Below, one piece after another: positions 45,441-55,658 of a DNA stretch of 64,000 nucleotides. A model generated the notes under the pieces. That model did no database searches. It was not told the origin of the DNA and was given only the letters and a program-made list of their open reading frames with translations. Positions within the stretch are counted from its first letter, which is position 1. Every line of letters begins with the position of its first letter. Origin of the DNA: an uncultured delta proteobacterium (GTDB lineage: Bacteria > Myxococcota > Myxococcia > Myxococcales > Anaeromyxobacteraceae); contig CAWJSR010000012.1 of NCBI GenBank assembly GCA_963845515.1, positions 11,503 to 75,502 of the forward strand, in the 5' to 3' direction. Both the position numbers and the translations under genes were made by a program.

Positions 45441-45442
45441 GG

Positions 45443-47507
45443 ATGCAGGGACGCTCTGCGCCCGCGGCAGCTCTCCTCGCGCTCCTCGCCGCGCTCTCGG
45501 CGTGCAGGGGCAGCGTGGACTCCACCTCGCCAGTCCGGCGAGCCGCGGCGGTCCGCCGGCTCGCCTCTGATCCGGGGGACGGGCCAGTCCCGGCCCTGCT
45601 CGTCGCCCAGCGCGATCCGAGCGCGCTCGTCCGCAAGGCCGCCGCCGAGGCGCTCGCCGAGCGCCGCGGACCGTACGCCGCCGAGGCGCTCGGCGCGATG
45701 CTCGGCGACGTCGACTCCGGCGTGGCGACCGCCGCCGCGACGGGGCTCGCCCACCTCGGTGACCTCGTGGCCTCGCGGGCTGCGCTGGTCGATGGCTACG
45801 CCGTGGCCTCACCTGCGGGGCGCACGGCCATCGCTGCGGCGCTCACCGAGTTGGGGATCTCGCTGCGGGACGCAGTGGAGGCCGAGTCGCGCTGGCGCTG
45901 GGCCAGGAACATCGCCGCGCTGGCGGCAGGCTCACCCGAGGCGCGCGCCGGGGCAGCCGAGGAGCTGGGCGCCAGCGGCCGGACGGAGGCCGTGACCCGG
46001 CTCCGCGAGCTGATCGCGCGTCCCGGCGAGGACCGGCGCGTCGTCGCCGCAGCCTTTCGCGCGCTCGGGGAGGCCGGGGACACGTCGGTTCGCCCGCTCC
46101 TCGAGACCGAGCTCCTCAAGGCGGACCTGGACGTCGCGCAGGCCGCCGCCAGCGCGCTCGGGCGGCTCGGCGACCCCGCCGCGACCCCGGCCCTCGCGCG
46201 CGTCGCGGCGGGCGGCTCGGCGGGCCCGAACCGTGCTGCGCTCGAGGCGCTGACGGAGCTGCCGGCTGCGCCCGAGGTCTCCCAGGCGCTCTGCGGCGTC
46301 GCGCAGCGCTCCTCGGTCCCGTCCATCGCAGGCAGGGCGGCGCGCGCCGCGTGGGGCCGCAACGCCGACTGCCCGGCCTCCGCGCTGGCCGCGCGCGCCG
46401 GGCGAGGGGACGCGGCGGCCCTCGCGGCGATCATCGAGCTCCATCCGGAGCCATCCGTGGTGGCGCCGCTCGCTGCGCGACTCGTGGCGCTCGTGTCCAA
46501 CCCGCGCTCCTCCAGCGATCAGCGCCGCAGGGTTGCGACGGCGCTGGGGCAGCTCGCCTGGGGCCCTGCCGGAGCGCCGATGGAGGGGAGAGCGCGTGAG
46601 CTCCTCGCGCGGGTAGCCGTGGCGCGGGCGTCCTGGATCCCGGGCCGCTTCTCCGGGGATCAGCCCGAGCTTCCAGGTGATGCCCGCGCCCGCTTCGAGT
46701 GGCTGCAGGCCCGCTCCTCGGTCGTGGCGCCCCGCGCCGACGGTGCCCCGGCCGTGAGGGAGTGGATCGAATCCGACGCGCGAGGACGACCGCGAGGAGC
46801 TGGGCACGCTCTTGAAGGCGCTCGGCCAGCTTCAGTCCGCCGACGCCAGGACGCTCCACCTCGCTGCGGTCGGCGACCCCTCGACGACCATTCGAGCGGC
46901 CGCCGTGGAGGGGCTCGGCTACCTCGGCGGCGCGGCACCGGCGCCCGAGCTGCTCAGGGCCCTGACGGACACCTCGGAGCGCGTGAGGCTCGCTGCCTTG
47001 AGAGTGCTGCCGCGCTATGGACCGGGTGCCGTCCCGGCGCTCGCCGAGGCGGTGCGCGCGGCTGGCGGACGCGACGGCCACTGGAGCGACGCCCTGGCTC
47101 GGGCGCTAGGCGAGACGGGCACGCCCGAGGCGCTGGCGCCGCTGGCCCTCCTGCTGGAAGGGCCGGCGCCCGGCGCAGCGGCGAGCGCCATCGCGGCCGT
47201 TGGAGTCCCTCCAGGCGCCGAGCCGCTGCTGGCTCACCTCGCCCGGAAGGACGCCCCCGGACGGGTCGAGGCGCTGGATGCGCTCGCCCAGCTGGCGTCC
47301 GGGAACGCCGGGCCCGCCATGGAGGCGGAGCTGCTCTCCGAGACCCCGGAAGTCCGCGTCGCAGCGGCGCGGGCGATCGGCAGGCTCAAGTACGAGCCCG
47401 CGTCACATCGGCTCGAGGCGCTCCGCGTGGACTACGACGGCCGCGTGCGCAGGGCGACGATCGAGGCGCTGGCGAGGCTCCCGAGCGGCCGGCCGGGGGC
47501 TCGCTAA
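45443..47507 (+). CDS. HEAT-repeat lipoprotein (frameshift ~46790)
   Basis: Lipobox LSAC; repeated D....VR.AAA.ALG units. Confidence 0.8.
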
Positions 47508-47544
47508 AGGGGATCCAGGCGGGCCGTCATGATAAGCAGGAGCG

Positions 47545-49357
47545 ATGGCCGATCTCCGCAAGCTCAAGGACAAGGCCGCCGAGCTCGCCGCGAAGGGCAA
47601 GGTGGAGAAGGCGTCCTCCGTCTATCGCGAGGTCGTCGAGGCCGATCCCAAGGATCTCACCTCCCGCCAGAAGCTGGCCGAGGTCCTGCGCCGTTCCGGG
47701 CAGATCGCCGATGCGATCGAGGAGTACAAGCTCGTCGCCGATCGCTTCGCCCAGGACGGGCTGCTCATCAAGGCGATCGCCATCTGCAAGACCATCCTGG
47801 AGCTGGATCCGCAGCACGTCGAGACGCAGCAGGCGCTCGCCGAGCTCTTCTCGCGCCGTCAGGCGAGCGACGCCGCGAGGCCTCCGGTCCGCCAGACCCT
47901 GATGATGGCCGTGGCTCACGCCCCGGCAGGCGCTGCGCCAGCGCAGCCGCCACCGCGCCCTGCCGACGAGCGGTCCGTCGTCATCCGGCTCTCGCCGCCG
48001 GCCCAGCCTGCGCCTCCGCGCTCGACGGGCAGCTTCAGGGCGATAGTCCCGCCGCCACCGCCCCCCGACCCGTTCTCCGCGCCGCTGCCGCCCGAGGCCG
48101 ACGATCCCTTCGCCGCCCCGCTGCCGCCGCAGGCGCTGGACCCGTACGTGCCGCCGCCGGCGCCAGAGGACGAGGCCGTAACGCTCGGCGGTAACGAGCT
48201 CTCGCCAACCGAAGCGGCCGACGCCACGGCGCTCTCCCAGATCGTCGAGGCGGCCGAGCTCGCCGTGCAGGACGGCATCGTCGAAGAGCTGATCCTGGAG
48301 GTCGACGAGCCGCTGGCCTTCGAGGAGGCGGAGATGCGAGATCGCGCCGGAGCCGCTCCCCGCGCCGCCGCCGCTGCCGGCCCGCGCCTCGCCTCCGGCG
48401 GCCGCCGCGCTGCGCCCACCTGCGCCGCCCCCCCAGGCCGCCGCGCCGCGCCCATCTGTGCCGCCGCCTGCGGCGATGCCTGCCGCCCCCCAGAGGCCAC
48501 CGCCGGGCCGGCCCGCCGGGCTGCCGACCATTCCGATCTTCTCGGATCTCGGACGGGACGCGTTCATGGCGCTCATGCAGGGGATGGTCCTGCACCGGAT
48601 CGGCCAGGGGGACACCGTCCTGCGGGAGGGAGAGAGCGGCAACAGCTTCTTCGTCGTCGCGACGGGGCGCTTCACCGTCTCGAAGCGGGACGAGGTGGGG
48701 GAGCAGATCCTCCTCGCGCACCTCGGGGAAGGGGACTTCTTCGGGGAGATGGCGCTCCTGTCCGGCGCGCCCAGGGCGGCGAGCGTGACCGCCGACGTCC
48801 CCTCCGAGGTCCTGGAGTTCAAGCCGGACGTCCTGGTCTCCATCGCGCGCCAGCACCCCCAGCTCGCCCAGTCGATCCGGCGGTTCTACCGGCAGCGGCT
48901 CCTCGCCAACGCGCTGGCCACCAGCGCGGTGTTCCGCCCGTTCCCGACCGGCGATCGCAAGCTCATCATGTCCAGGTTCGTCGCGCGCGAGACGAAGGCC
49001 GGCGAGGCGATCATCCGGGAAGGGGAGCCCTCCGACGGGCTCTACGTGGTCCTCGAGGGGTCGGTCGACGTCCTCAAGCGCCAGATGGGGAAGGACGTCC
49101 TGGTGAGCCAGCTCCGCGAAGGGGACCTCTTCGGCGAGATGAGCTGCCTGCGCAAGATCCCGGCGACGGCCTCGATCGTGGTCCGGAGGCCCGGGACGCT
49201 GCTGCGCCTCCCGCGCAAGACCTTCGACGAGCTGGTCGTCAGCTACCCGCAGATCCTGGAGCTGGTCAGCGACCTCTCGTCAGAGCGGACGGAGAACCTG
49301 GACGCCATCCTGTCCGGCCACGCCGAGTGGACCGACGAGGGGCTCGTCCTCACCTGA
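47545..49357 (+). CDS. TPR + tandem cNMP-binding domain protein (frameshift in Pro-rich linker)
   Basis: N-terminal TPRs; two REG..G...G..FGEM..L....R/ASV motifs. Confidence 0.87.
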
Positions 49358-49378
49358 GCCGCTCGGCGAGCCGCAGGG

Positions 49379-50314
49379 TCACGCCCAGCGCCGGCGTCGG
49401 ATGAGGAGCAGGAGCCCGACCGGCAGGAGCACCATCGCGCAGAGCACCGCCGGGATGGCGAGCCGCGGCGGGACGATCTCGAGGTTCATCCCGAAGAAGC
49501 CCGCCACGAAGTTGAGCGGCAGGAAGACGGTGGCGACGAGCGTGAGCCTCGTCGTGACCGCGGCCAGCCGGACGTTGGCGCGGGAGAGGTGGACCTCCAT
49601 GGCCGACGCCACCAGATCGCGGCTCGAGTCGATCTCCTCCGTGAGGCGCAGGACGTGGTCCGTCACGTCGCGGAAGTAGAGCGCCGTGGCGTCCTTGACG
49701 AGCGCCTGACCCGGGCGCGCCAGCGCCGCGTAGACCTCGCGCTGTGGCGCGAGCCGGCGCCGAAGCAGCGCGTGGGAGCGGCGGGCGGAGACGATCCGCT
49801 CCAGGAGATCGGACGCCAGCTCGCTCTCCAGCGCCTCGTCCGTCAGCTCCTCGACCTCTCCGGTCAGCGCGTCCACCACGGCGAAGTGGATGTCGGTGAC
49901 GGCGTCGTGGAGCAGGTAGAGCGCGAAGTCGGGGCCGCGACAGAAGAGCGCCGGGTCGGCTGCGCAGCGAGAGAAGACCTCGTCGACCTGCGCGATCGGC
50001 GCGAGGTGGACCGTGACCAGCGCCTCGGACGTGAGGAACGCGTGGAGCTCGCTGGACTGGATGCCGCACTCGTCCGGCGCCGGTGAGAGCCGGTGAACGA
50101 CCGTGAAGAGGTGGTCCGCGTACTGCTCGAACTTCACCCGCTGCCCCTCGTGGACGCAGTCCTCGAGGGCCAGTGGGTGGAAGCCGAAGCGGGCGCCAAG
50201 GAAGGAGATCTCCTCGGCCGTGGGGGCCAGATCGATCCAGATCGGCGCGCCGGGGCCGGTCAGCTCCCGGCCACCCGTAAGCACCTGACCTCCCTCCAGC
50301 CGCAGCACCCTCAT
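49379..50314 (-). CDS. corA: CorA-family Mg2+/Co2+ transporter
   Basis: WIDL, FHPLALEDC, YFRDV.DH, FLPL...GFFGMN. Confidence 0.92.
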   Translation of the reverse strand: MRVLRLEGGQVLTGGRELTGPGAPIWIDLAPTAEEISFLGARFGFHPLALEDCVHEGQRVKFEQYADHLFTVVHRLSPAPDECGIQSSELHAFLTSEALVTVHLAPIAQVDEVFSRCAADPALFCRGPDFALYLLHDAVTDIHFAVVDALTGEVEELTDEALESELASDLLERIVSARRSHALLRRRLAPQREVYAALARPGQALVKDATALYFRDVTDHVLRLTEEIDSSRDLVASAMEVHLSRANVRLAAVTTRLTLVATVFLPLNFVAGFFGMNLEIVPPRLAIPAVLCAMVLLPVGLLLLIRRRRWA

Positions 50315-50402
50315 ACGGCGAGCCCCCCTCTTTCGACGAGCCTATCAGACCGGCGCGCGAGCGTTGTGGCACGCCCCCGGCAACGCTATAAACACCGCGC
50401 AC

Positions 50403-51488
50403 ATGGCCATCGACAGAGACTCCGCCCTCGAGGCGCTGAAGAAGGTGAAGGACCCCGAGCTGGGGCGCGACCTCGTCACGCTCGGGATGGTGAAGGAGCT
50501 CGCGGTCAGCGGCGGCGCGGTCAAGGTGAACGTGGAGCTGACCACGCCCGCGTGCCCACTCCGCGAGACGATCCGGAAGGACGTCGAGGTGGCGCTCCGG
50601 GCCGCCGGCGCGACCGCGGTCGAGATCACCTTCGGCGCGCGCGTGCGCGGCGCCCCCGGGGTCGAGCACTCCCAGCTCACCCCCGGCGTGAAGAACATCG
50701 TCCTCGTCGGCGCGGGCAAGGGCGGGGTGGGCAAGAGCACCGTCGCCATCAACGTCGCGGTGGCGCTCGCCACCACCGGGGCGCGGGTCGGCATCCTGGA
50801 CGCGGACGTCTACGGCCCGTCGATCCCGATCCTCACCGGCATCACCGATCGCCCGACCTCGTCGGACGGCCAGAAGCTGCACCCGCTCCGCGCGCACGGG
50901 ATCGACGTCATGTCGATCGGCTTCCTCGTCGACCCGGAGCAGCCGCTCATCTGGCGCGGCCCGATGGTCACCGGGGCGCTGATCCAGCTCCTCCGCGACG
51001 TCGAGTGGGGCGAGCTCGACTACCTGATCCTCGACCTGCCGCCCGGCACCGGCGACGTGCCGCTCTCGCTGGCCCAGAACGTCAAGGCCGCCGGCGTGGT
51101 GCTCGTGTCGACGCCGCAGGACGTCGCGCTCGCCGACGTGATCCGGGCCAAGCTGATGTTCGACAAGGTCTCGATCCCGATCCTTGGGCTCGTCGAGAAC
51201 ATGTCCTCCTTCGTCTGCCCGCACTGCCGGCAGGAGACGGCGATCTTCGACCACGGCGGGGCGCGCACCGCTGCCGACAAGATGGGGATCCGCTTCCTCG
51301 GCGAGATCCCGATCGACCTCGCGATCCGGCAGGGGGGCGACCAGGGTGTCCCCGTGGTCGCCGGCCAGCCAGACAGCCCTCAGGCACAGGCGTTCATGGC
51401 GGTGGCCCGCAACGTCGCTGGAGCGGTGAGCACGCAGGCGCTCAAGGCGCCGCGCCTCCCGGTCATCGGCGCCCAGGCGCGGACCTAG
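50403..51488 (+). CDS. mrp: Mrp/ApbC Fe-S cluster carrier ATPase
   Basis: DPEL, TTPACP, GKGGVGKST, DADVYGPS, WRGPM, DLPPGTGD, ENMS...CPHC. Confidence 0.95.
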   Translation: MAIDRDSALEALKKVKDPELGRDLVTLGMVKELAVSGGAVKVNVELTTPACPLRETIRKDVEVALRAAGATAVEITFGARVRGAPGVEHSQLTPGVKNIVLVGAGKGGVGKSTVAINVAVALATTGARVGILDADVYGPSIPILTGITDRPTSSDGQKLHPLRAHGIDVMSIGFLVDPEQPLIWRGPMVTGALIQLLRDVEWGELDYLILDLPPGTGDVPLSLAQNVKAAGVVLVSTPQDVALADVIRAKLMFDKVSIPILGLVENMSSFVCPHCRQETAIFDHGGARTAADKMGIRFLGEIPIDLAIRQGGDQGVPVVAGQPDSPQAQAFMAVARNVAGAVSTQALKAPRLPVIGAQART

Positions 51489-51498
51489 CCCGCTCGCC

Positions 51499-53694
51499 TC
51501 ACCCGGCCAGCATGTCCGACCGCTCCTCCGACGGGAGGGTGAAGCGGAACGACGCGCCGTGGCCGACGTGCGACCTGACGGAGACGGTGCCGCCGTGCGC
51601 GTCGACGATCGCCTTCACGATGGCGAGCCCCAGCCCCAGCGAGCCACCGTTGCGGCCGGTGGGGGTGACGTCGCCGACCTGGTAGAGCCGGTCGAAGATC
51701 AGCTCGATGTGCTCGCTGGAGATCCCCGGCCCGCTGTCGGCGACCGCGACCGAGAGCCAGCCGCCCGGCGCCCGTGCCGCGGCGAGCCTGATGGTGGCTC
51801 CCTCCGGGCTGAAGCGCTCGGCGTTGGAGAGCAGGTTCTGCAGGACCTGCAGCACCCGGCCGCGGTCACCGTAGGCGCGGGGCAGGGGGGTGGCCGTGCG
51901 GATGCGGGGCCGGATGTGGCGCTCCGCGAAGCGGGGGGCGAAGCCGGTGACCGCGTTGTGCATCACCTCCACGAGGTCGAACGGCTCCATCCGCAGCGCC
52001 TCCCGCGTCAGCTCGTGGCGGGAGAAGTCGAGCAGCTCGTCGATGAAGCCGCGGAGCCGCTTCCCCGACGAGAGGACCACCGAGAGCGCCGCCCGCTGCC
52101 GCGGCTGGACCGGTCCCAGCCGCTCGCCCAGGAGCAGGTCGGCGTACCCCAGGACGGTGACGAGTGGCGTCCGCAGCTCGTGCGAGATGTTGGCCAGGAA
52201 GTTGTCCTTCTTCCGGTCGGTCTCCTCCAGCGCCCGGACCGCGGCCTGAAGCTCCCGCGTGCGGCGGTCGACCTCGTACTCGAGGTGGGCCCGCTCCTCC
52301 CGCAGCACCCCGAAGAGCCGCGCCTTCTCCAGCGCGATCGAGGCGAGCAGCGCGAAGGCGTCGATCGCCTGCGGGTCGCTCCGTCGCCCAGGCGGCGCCG
52401 TCACGGCCAGGAGGCCGGTCGAGCGGCCGGCAGAGCGGATGGGGGCGAGGACGACGCGCCGGTACCCGAAGAGCCGGCCGATGGCCCGCACCTGGGCGGG
52501 ATCCTTCCCGCCGAGGAGGTCGTGCACCGGCGCACGCATCTTGTCCGTGGCGATCGTGCGCCCCTCGTCGAGCACCTTCTTGATGAGCGGCGCGCTGTCT
52601 GGGTCGATGGTGAGGTCGGCGAGCGCGAAGCCGAGCGTGGCCTCGACCGAGCGCATCAGCTCCGCGGGGAAGCTGTGGAAGCGCCAGCGAAACCGGCGCG
52701 AGCCCGGCGCCTCGCTCGGGACCTCCCCGAGGATCGCGACGTGGAGGCCGAGCTGCGACAGGTCGCTGGCGAGCGTCGCGACGATCGCGTCCTCGTCGGT
52801 GAGCTCCATGAGCCGCGCCCCGGAGAGCGTCAGCGCCGTCAGGGTGTCCTTGGCCTCGCGGAGGCCGTCCAGCGCCCGCCGCTCCTTCGCCACGTCGTGG
52901 GCGATGACGTGGAGGACGGTGCGGTCGGGGAGATCGATCCTGGCGGAGGTGAGCGCGACGGGGATGGGGTCGCCGCGCCAGCTGATCAGCTGCGCGTCCG
53001 GGTCACGCAGCACGGGGGCCGAGCCGAGCCAGGCGAGGAGCCCGGGGCCGCCGTGGACCGGGTGGCCCACGATCCGATCCACGGTGAGGCGGCGCAGGTC
53101 GCGATCGCGCCGGCCGGTGAGGGCGAGCAGCGTCGCGTTCCCGTCGAGGATCCGGCCGCTGACCGGATCGACGACGAAGATCGCCTCGCCGGCGTGCTCC
53201 ATGAAGGCCCGGTAGGCGGCGCTCTGTCCGACCGCGACCCGCCGCCAGTCCTCCGCCTCGAGCCGCGAGGCCGCCAGCCTGACCACCGCCTCCAGCGTCT
53301 TGATCCCCGGGGCGCGGATTGGCCCCTGGAGGACGAAGCGGAGCACCGCGATGTCCCGCGGAGCGGCGGGAAGGCGGAAGGCGGCCGAGCGCCAGCCCAG
53401 CCGGTCGGCCGTCGCGGGGAGCAGGGCAGCGAGCGCAGGTTCGCAGCGGCCGATCCTCCTCGTGGCGCTAGCCCGGGGTTCGAGCAGGGGATCTTCCAAA
53501 GTGAAGCCCGGCACGGTGGAGAGGAGCTTCTCGACGGAGTCCCGGGCCGGCCGCGCGGCCAGGAAGGCCCCCTCGACCGCGACGGTGGAGCACCGTGGCT
53601 GGCCGCGCCACTCGGTGCGCGTGACCATCTGGACGAGCGGCGCGCCGGACAACCGTGCGGCATCTCTCACGATCTCGCGGTAGGCACGCTGCAT
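51499..53694 (-). CDS. PAS/GAF sensor histidine kinase
   Basis: SHELRTPL, QVLQNLLSNA, DSGPGI, GLGLAIVK. Confidence 0.92.
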   Translation of the reverse strand: MQRAYREIVRDAARLSGAPLVQMVTRTEWRGQPRCSTVAVEGAFLAARPARDSVEKLLSTVPGFTLEDPLLEPRASATRRIGRCEPALAALLPATADRLGWRSAAFRLPAAPRDIAVLRFVLQGPIRAPGIKTLEAVVRLAASRLEAEDWRRVAVGQSAAYRAFMEHAGEAIFVVDPVSGRILDGNATLLALTGRRDRDLRRLTVDRIVGHPVHGGPGLLAWLGSAPVLRDPDAQLISWRGDPIPVALTSARIDLPDRTVLHVIAHDVAKERRALDGLREAKDTLTALTLSGARLMELTDEDAIVATLASDLSQLGLHVAILGEVPSEAPGSRRFRWRFHSFPAELMRSVEATLGFALADLTIDPDSAPLIKKVLDEGRTIATDKMRAPVHDLLGGKDPAQVRAIGRLFGYRRVVLAPIRSAGRSTGLLAVTAPPGRRSDPQAIDAFALLASIALEKARLFGVLREERAHLEYEVDRRTRELQAAVRALEETDRKKDNFLANISHELRTPLVTVLGYADLLLGERLGPVQPRQRAALSVVLSSGKRLRGFIDELLDFSRHELTREALRMEPFDLVEVMHNAVTGFAPRFAERHIRPRIRTATPLPRAYGDRGRVLQVLQNLLSNAERFSPEGATIRLAAARAPGGWLSVAVADSGPGISSEHIELIFDRLYQVGDVTPTGRNGGSLGLGLAIVKAIVDAHGGTVSVRSHVGHGASFRFTLPSEERSDMLAG

Positions 53695-53918
53695 CTGGTT
53701 CGGTAGGTGCCCGGCCCGCCCCCTGGCCGGTGGCGAGCAGCATCCCCGCATTCGAGTGCACTGACAAGGGCGTAAGATCGCGTAGAAGCAGGCGGTTCGG
53801 ATTCCCGACCCCTCCGGTCCAGTTGACCGCGCGGCGCCGCCGGATTTCCCAGTGAAATTGGAGGGATCCTCGTGCTCCTACGATTGACAGTCGCGCGTGC
53901 GCCCGTTAGGCAAAGCGC

Positions 53919-54515
53919 ATGGGTGCGGAATACACGACGGGGGACCTCGCGCGAGCGACGGGAAACACCGTTCGGACCGTCCGCTTCTACGAGGAAGAGG
54001 GGATCCTCGAGCCGGCAGAGGTGAGCGATGGAGGGCACCGCCGCTACGGCGACGACGACCTCGAGCGGCTCAAGCTGATCGGCGACCTCAGGGAGCTCGG
54101 GCTGTCGCTCTGCGAGATCAAGGACATCCTGGCGCTCCGCAAGGGCTGCTCCTGCGTCGCGGAGTTCGCCGAGCGGCTCGAGCAGTCGCTCGCGGGCCAC
54201 GTCGCGGAGGCGCAGCGCCGCATGGAGCGGCTCGAGCGCGTGCGGTGCGAGATCGAGCGGACCATGGCGCTGGTCCACAGCCATCTGAAGTCAGGCTCCA
54301 AGCAGGTCCGGCCATGCGATCTGTCGTGCGCACCCGACGCGCCGAAGATGCTCCGGGTGCTCGCGCCGCGGGACACGCTCTGCGCGCTGCACGAGTCGGT
54401 CGAGGACCACGAGCACCACGTCCAGGTCGCGGCCAGCGCCGCGGAAGCGTCGCAGCCAGCGATCCCCGAGACGGGCGGCTGGGTGATGCACGCGGCCACG
54501 AAGCCTCGCCAGTAG
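53919..54515 (+). CDS. MerR-family transcriptional regulator with Cys/His-rich C-terminus
   Basis: YTTGDLA...TVRFYEEEGIL, GGHRRY, LRELGLSL.EI. Confidence 0.9.
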   Translation: MGAEYTTGDLARATGNTVRTVRFYEEEGILEPAEVSDGGHRRYGDDDLERLKLIGDLRELGLSLCEIKDILALRKGCSCVAEFAERLEQSLAGHVAEAQRRMERLERVRCEIERTMALVHSHLKSGSKQVRPCDLSCAPDAPKMLRVLAPRDTLCALHESVEDHEHHVQVAASAAEASQPAIPETGGWVMHAATKPRQ

Positions 54516-54658
54516 GCAGACCAGCAGCGGGGCCGGGGCGAGGGCGCCGCAGCCCCGATGACGCGTTCACGCAGAGTCGCGCCATCCTAAGGCGGGCGGT
54601 CCGCGCTCCAGGCAACTCAATCGTAGACGCGAGATCCAGGTGGTCCAGTGGCTCGCGT

Positions 54659-54686
54659 AGTTACCATAATCCATATTATCGGACGT
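54659..54686 (-). other. dif site (XerCD chromosome dimer resolution)
   Basis: Minus strand ACGTCCGATAA-TATGGA-TTATGGTAACT: 11-6-11 layout, XerD arm close to TTATGTTAAAT; intergenic; KOPS polarity flips here. Confidence 0.9.
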
Positions 54687-55004
54687 TCTAGTACCCACGG
54701 GATGGGCAGCGGAATCGCTGGGGCACAGGCTTGTGGGCGGTTCAGCGAGCATTCCGCGTCGCATATCGGGCAGCGTCGCCGGTGCAGCGCGCTGCACCGC
54801 TCGCCGGGACGTGCTCGGGATCGCGCGGCGTTCAGTTCCAAAGGTGACTTTGATTTGGCGGATATGGTCAGCGGTCCGGCGACCGTACGCGCGGCGCTTG
54901 GTTAGCGGATCGCTGGCCACTGAGACTGGGCTCGATCTCGCACGCGCCCAGTTCTAGAGTGCGCGGATGGTCATGAAAGGTCAGTTCCACGCAGGGAGCG
55001 GTCG

Positions 55005-55487
55005 GTGACGGGTCCCGCCTTTCCGTCCTCGACAGATCAGGGTCGCCGCCCGCTGATCGGCGCGGTCGTCATGGCGGCGGGCGCCGGTCTATGCGCGCTC
55101 GGCATCGCGTCGGGTTTCGCCGAGGCGCACGGCGTGATTCCTGAGATCCCTCTCCTGCGCCGCTCTCTTGTCTGCTTCGGCACGGGTCTCGTCTCGCTTG
55201 GCGCAGCCCTGATCAAGGGAAAGCCGATCCCTGACTTGGAGACGCGGCCGACCAGCTCAGTCATCATCGTTCTCGCCCTCGTCCTCTTCGGCGTCGTCCT
55301 CCTCGGCGCCGGCTTGACCATGGCGGACAACTTCCGAGATGGCGCCGGCGGAAGGCGATGGGTCGTAACCACCGGTCTCAACCTGGCGGCCGTCTTGGTG
55401 GTCTACGCGTTGTTGCGCGATCTGGTTTGGCGGTTCGAAAAACGGATCCCGTCCGATGGTGCGGTGACCACGCGACGTGCCTCGTAG
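55005..55487 (+). CDS. Hypothetical 4-TM membrane protein
   Basis: Four hydrophobic segments; GGGAG upstream; codon usage looks less GC3-biased than core genes. Confidence 0.65.
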   Translation: MTGPAFPSSTDQGRRPLIGAVVMAAGAGLCALGIASGFAEAHGVIPEIPLLRRSLVCFGTGLVSLGAALIKGKPIPDLETRPTSSVIIVLALVLFGVVLLGAGLTMADNFRDGAGGRRWVVTTGLNLAAVLVVYALLRDLVWRFEKRIPSDGAVTTRRAS

Positions 55488-55658
55488 TCCTGCGAAGCAC
55501 GGGGTCCGCGTCTAACGCCCTCCCCGCGTGTCCTACCGGGCCGCAAACGGGGGATCCGTGCCGCACGCAACCTGGCGGTGTAGCGATCGTCACAGCGACC
55601 GGCAAGTACGGTTACGTGTGGTTGCGCGCTACTGAGCGCACCACGCTTGGCCCCTCGC

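Noticed and set aside
55510..55626. Integron attC site (GTCTAAC; inverted repeat 55561-55572/55610-55621)
   Set aside because: No matching GTTRRRY partner with proper L boxes and no integron integrase; it lies between convergent genes, so a terminator-like hairpin is more likely.
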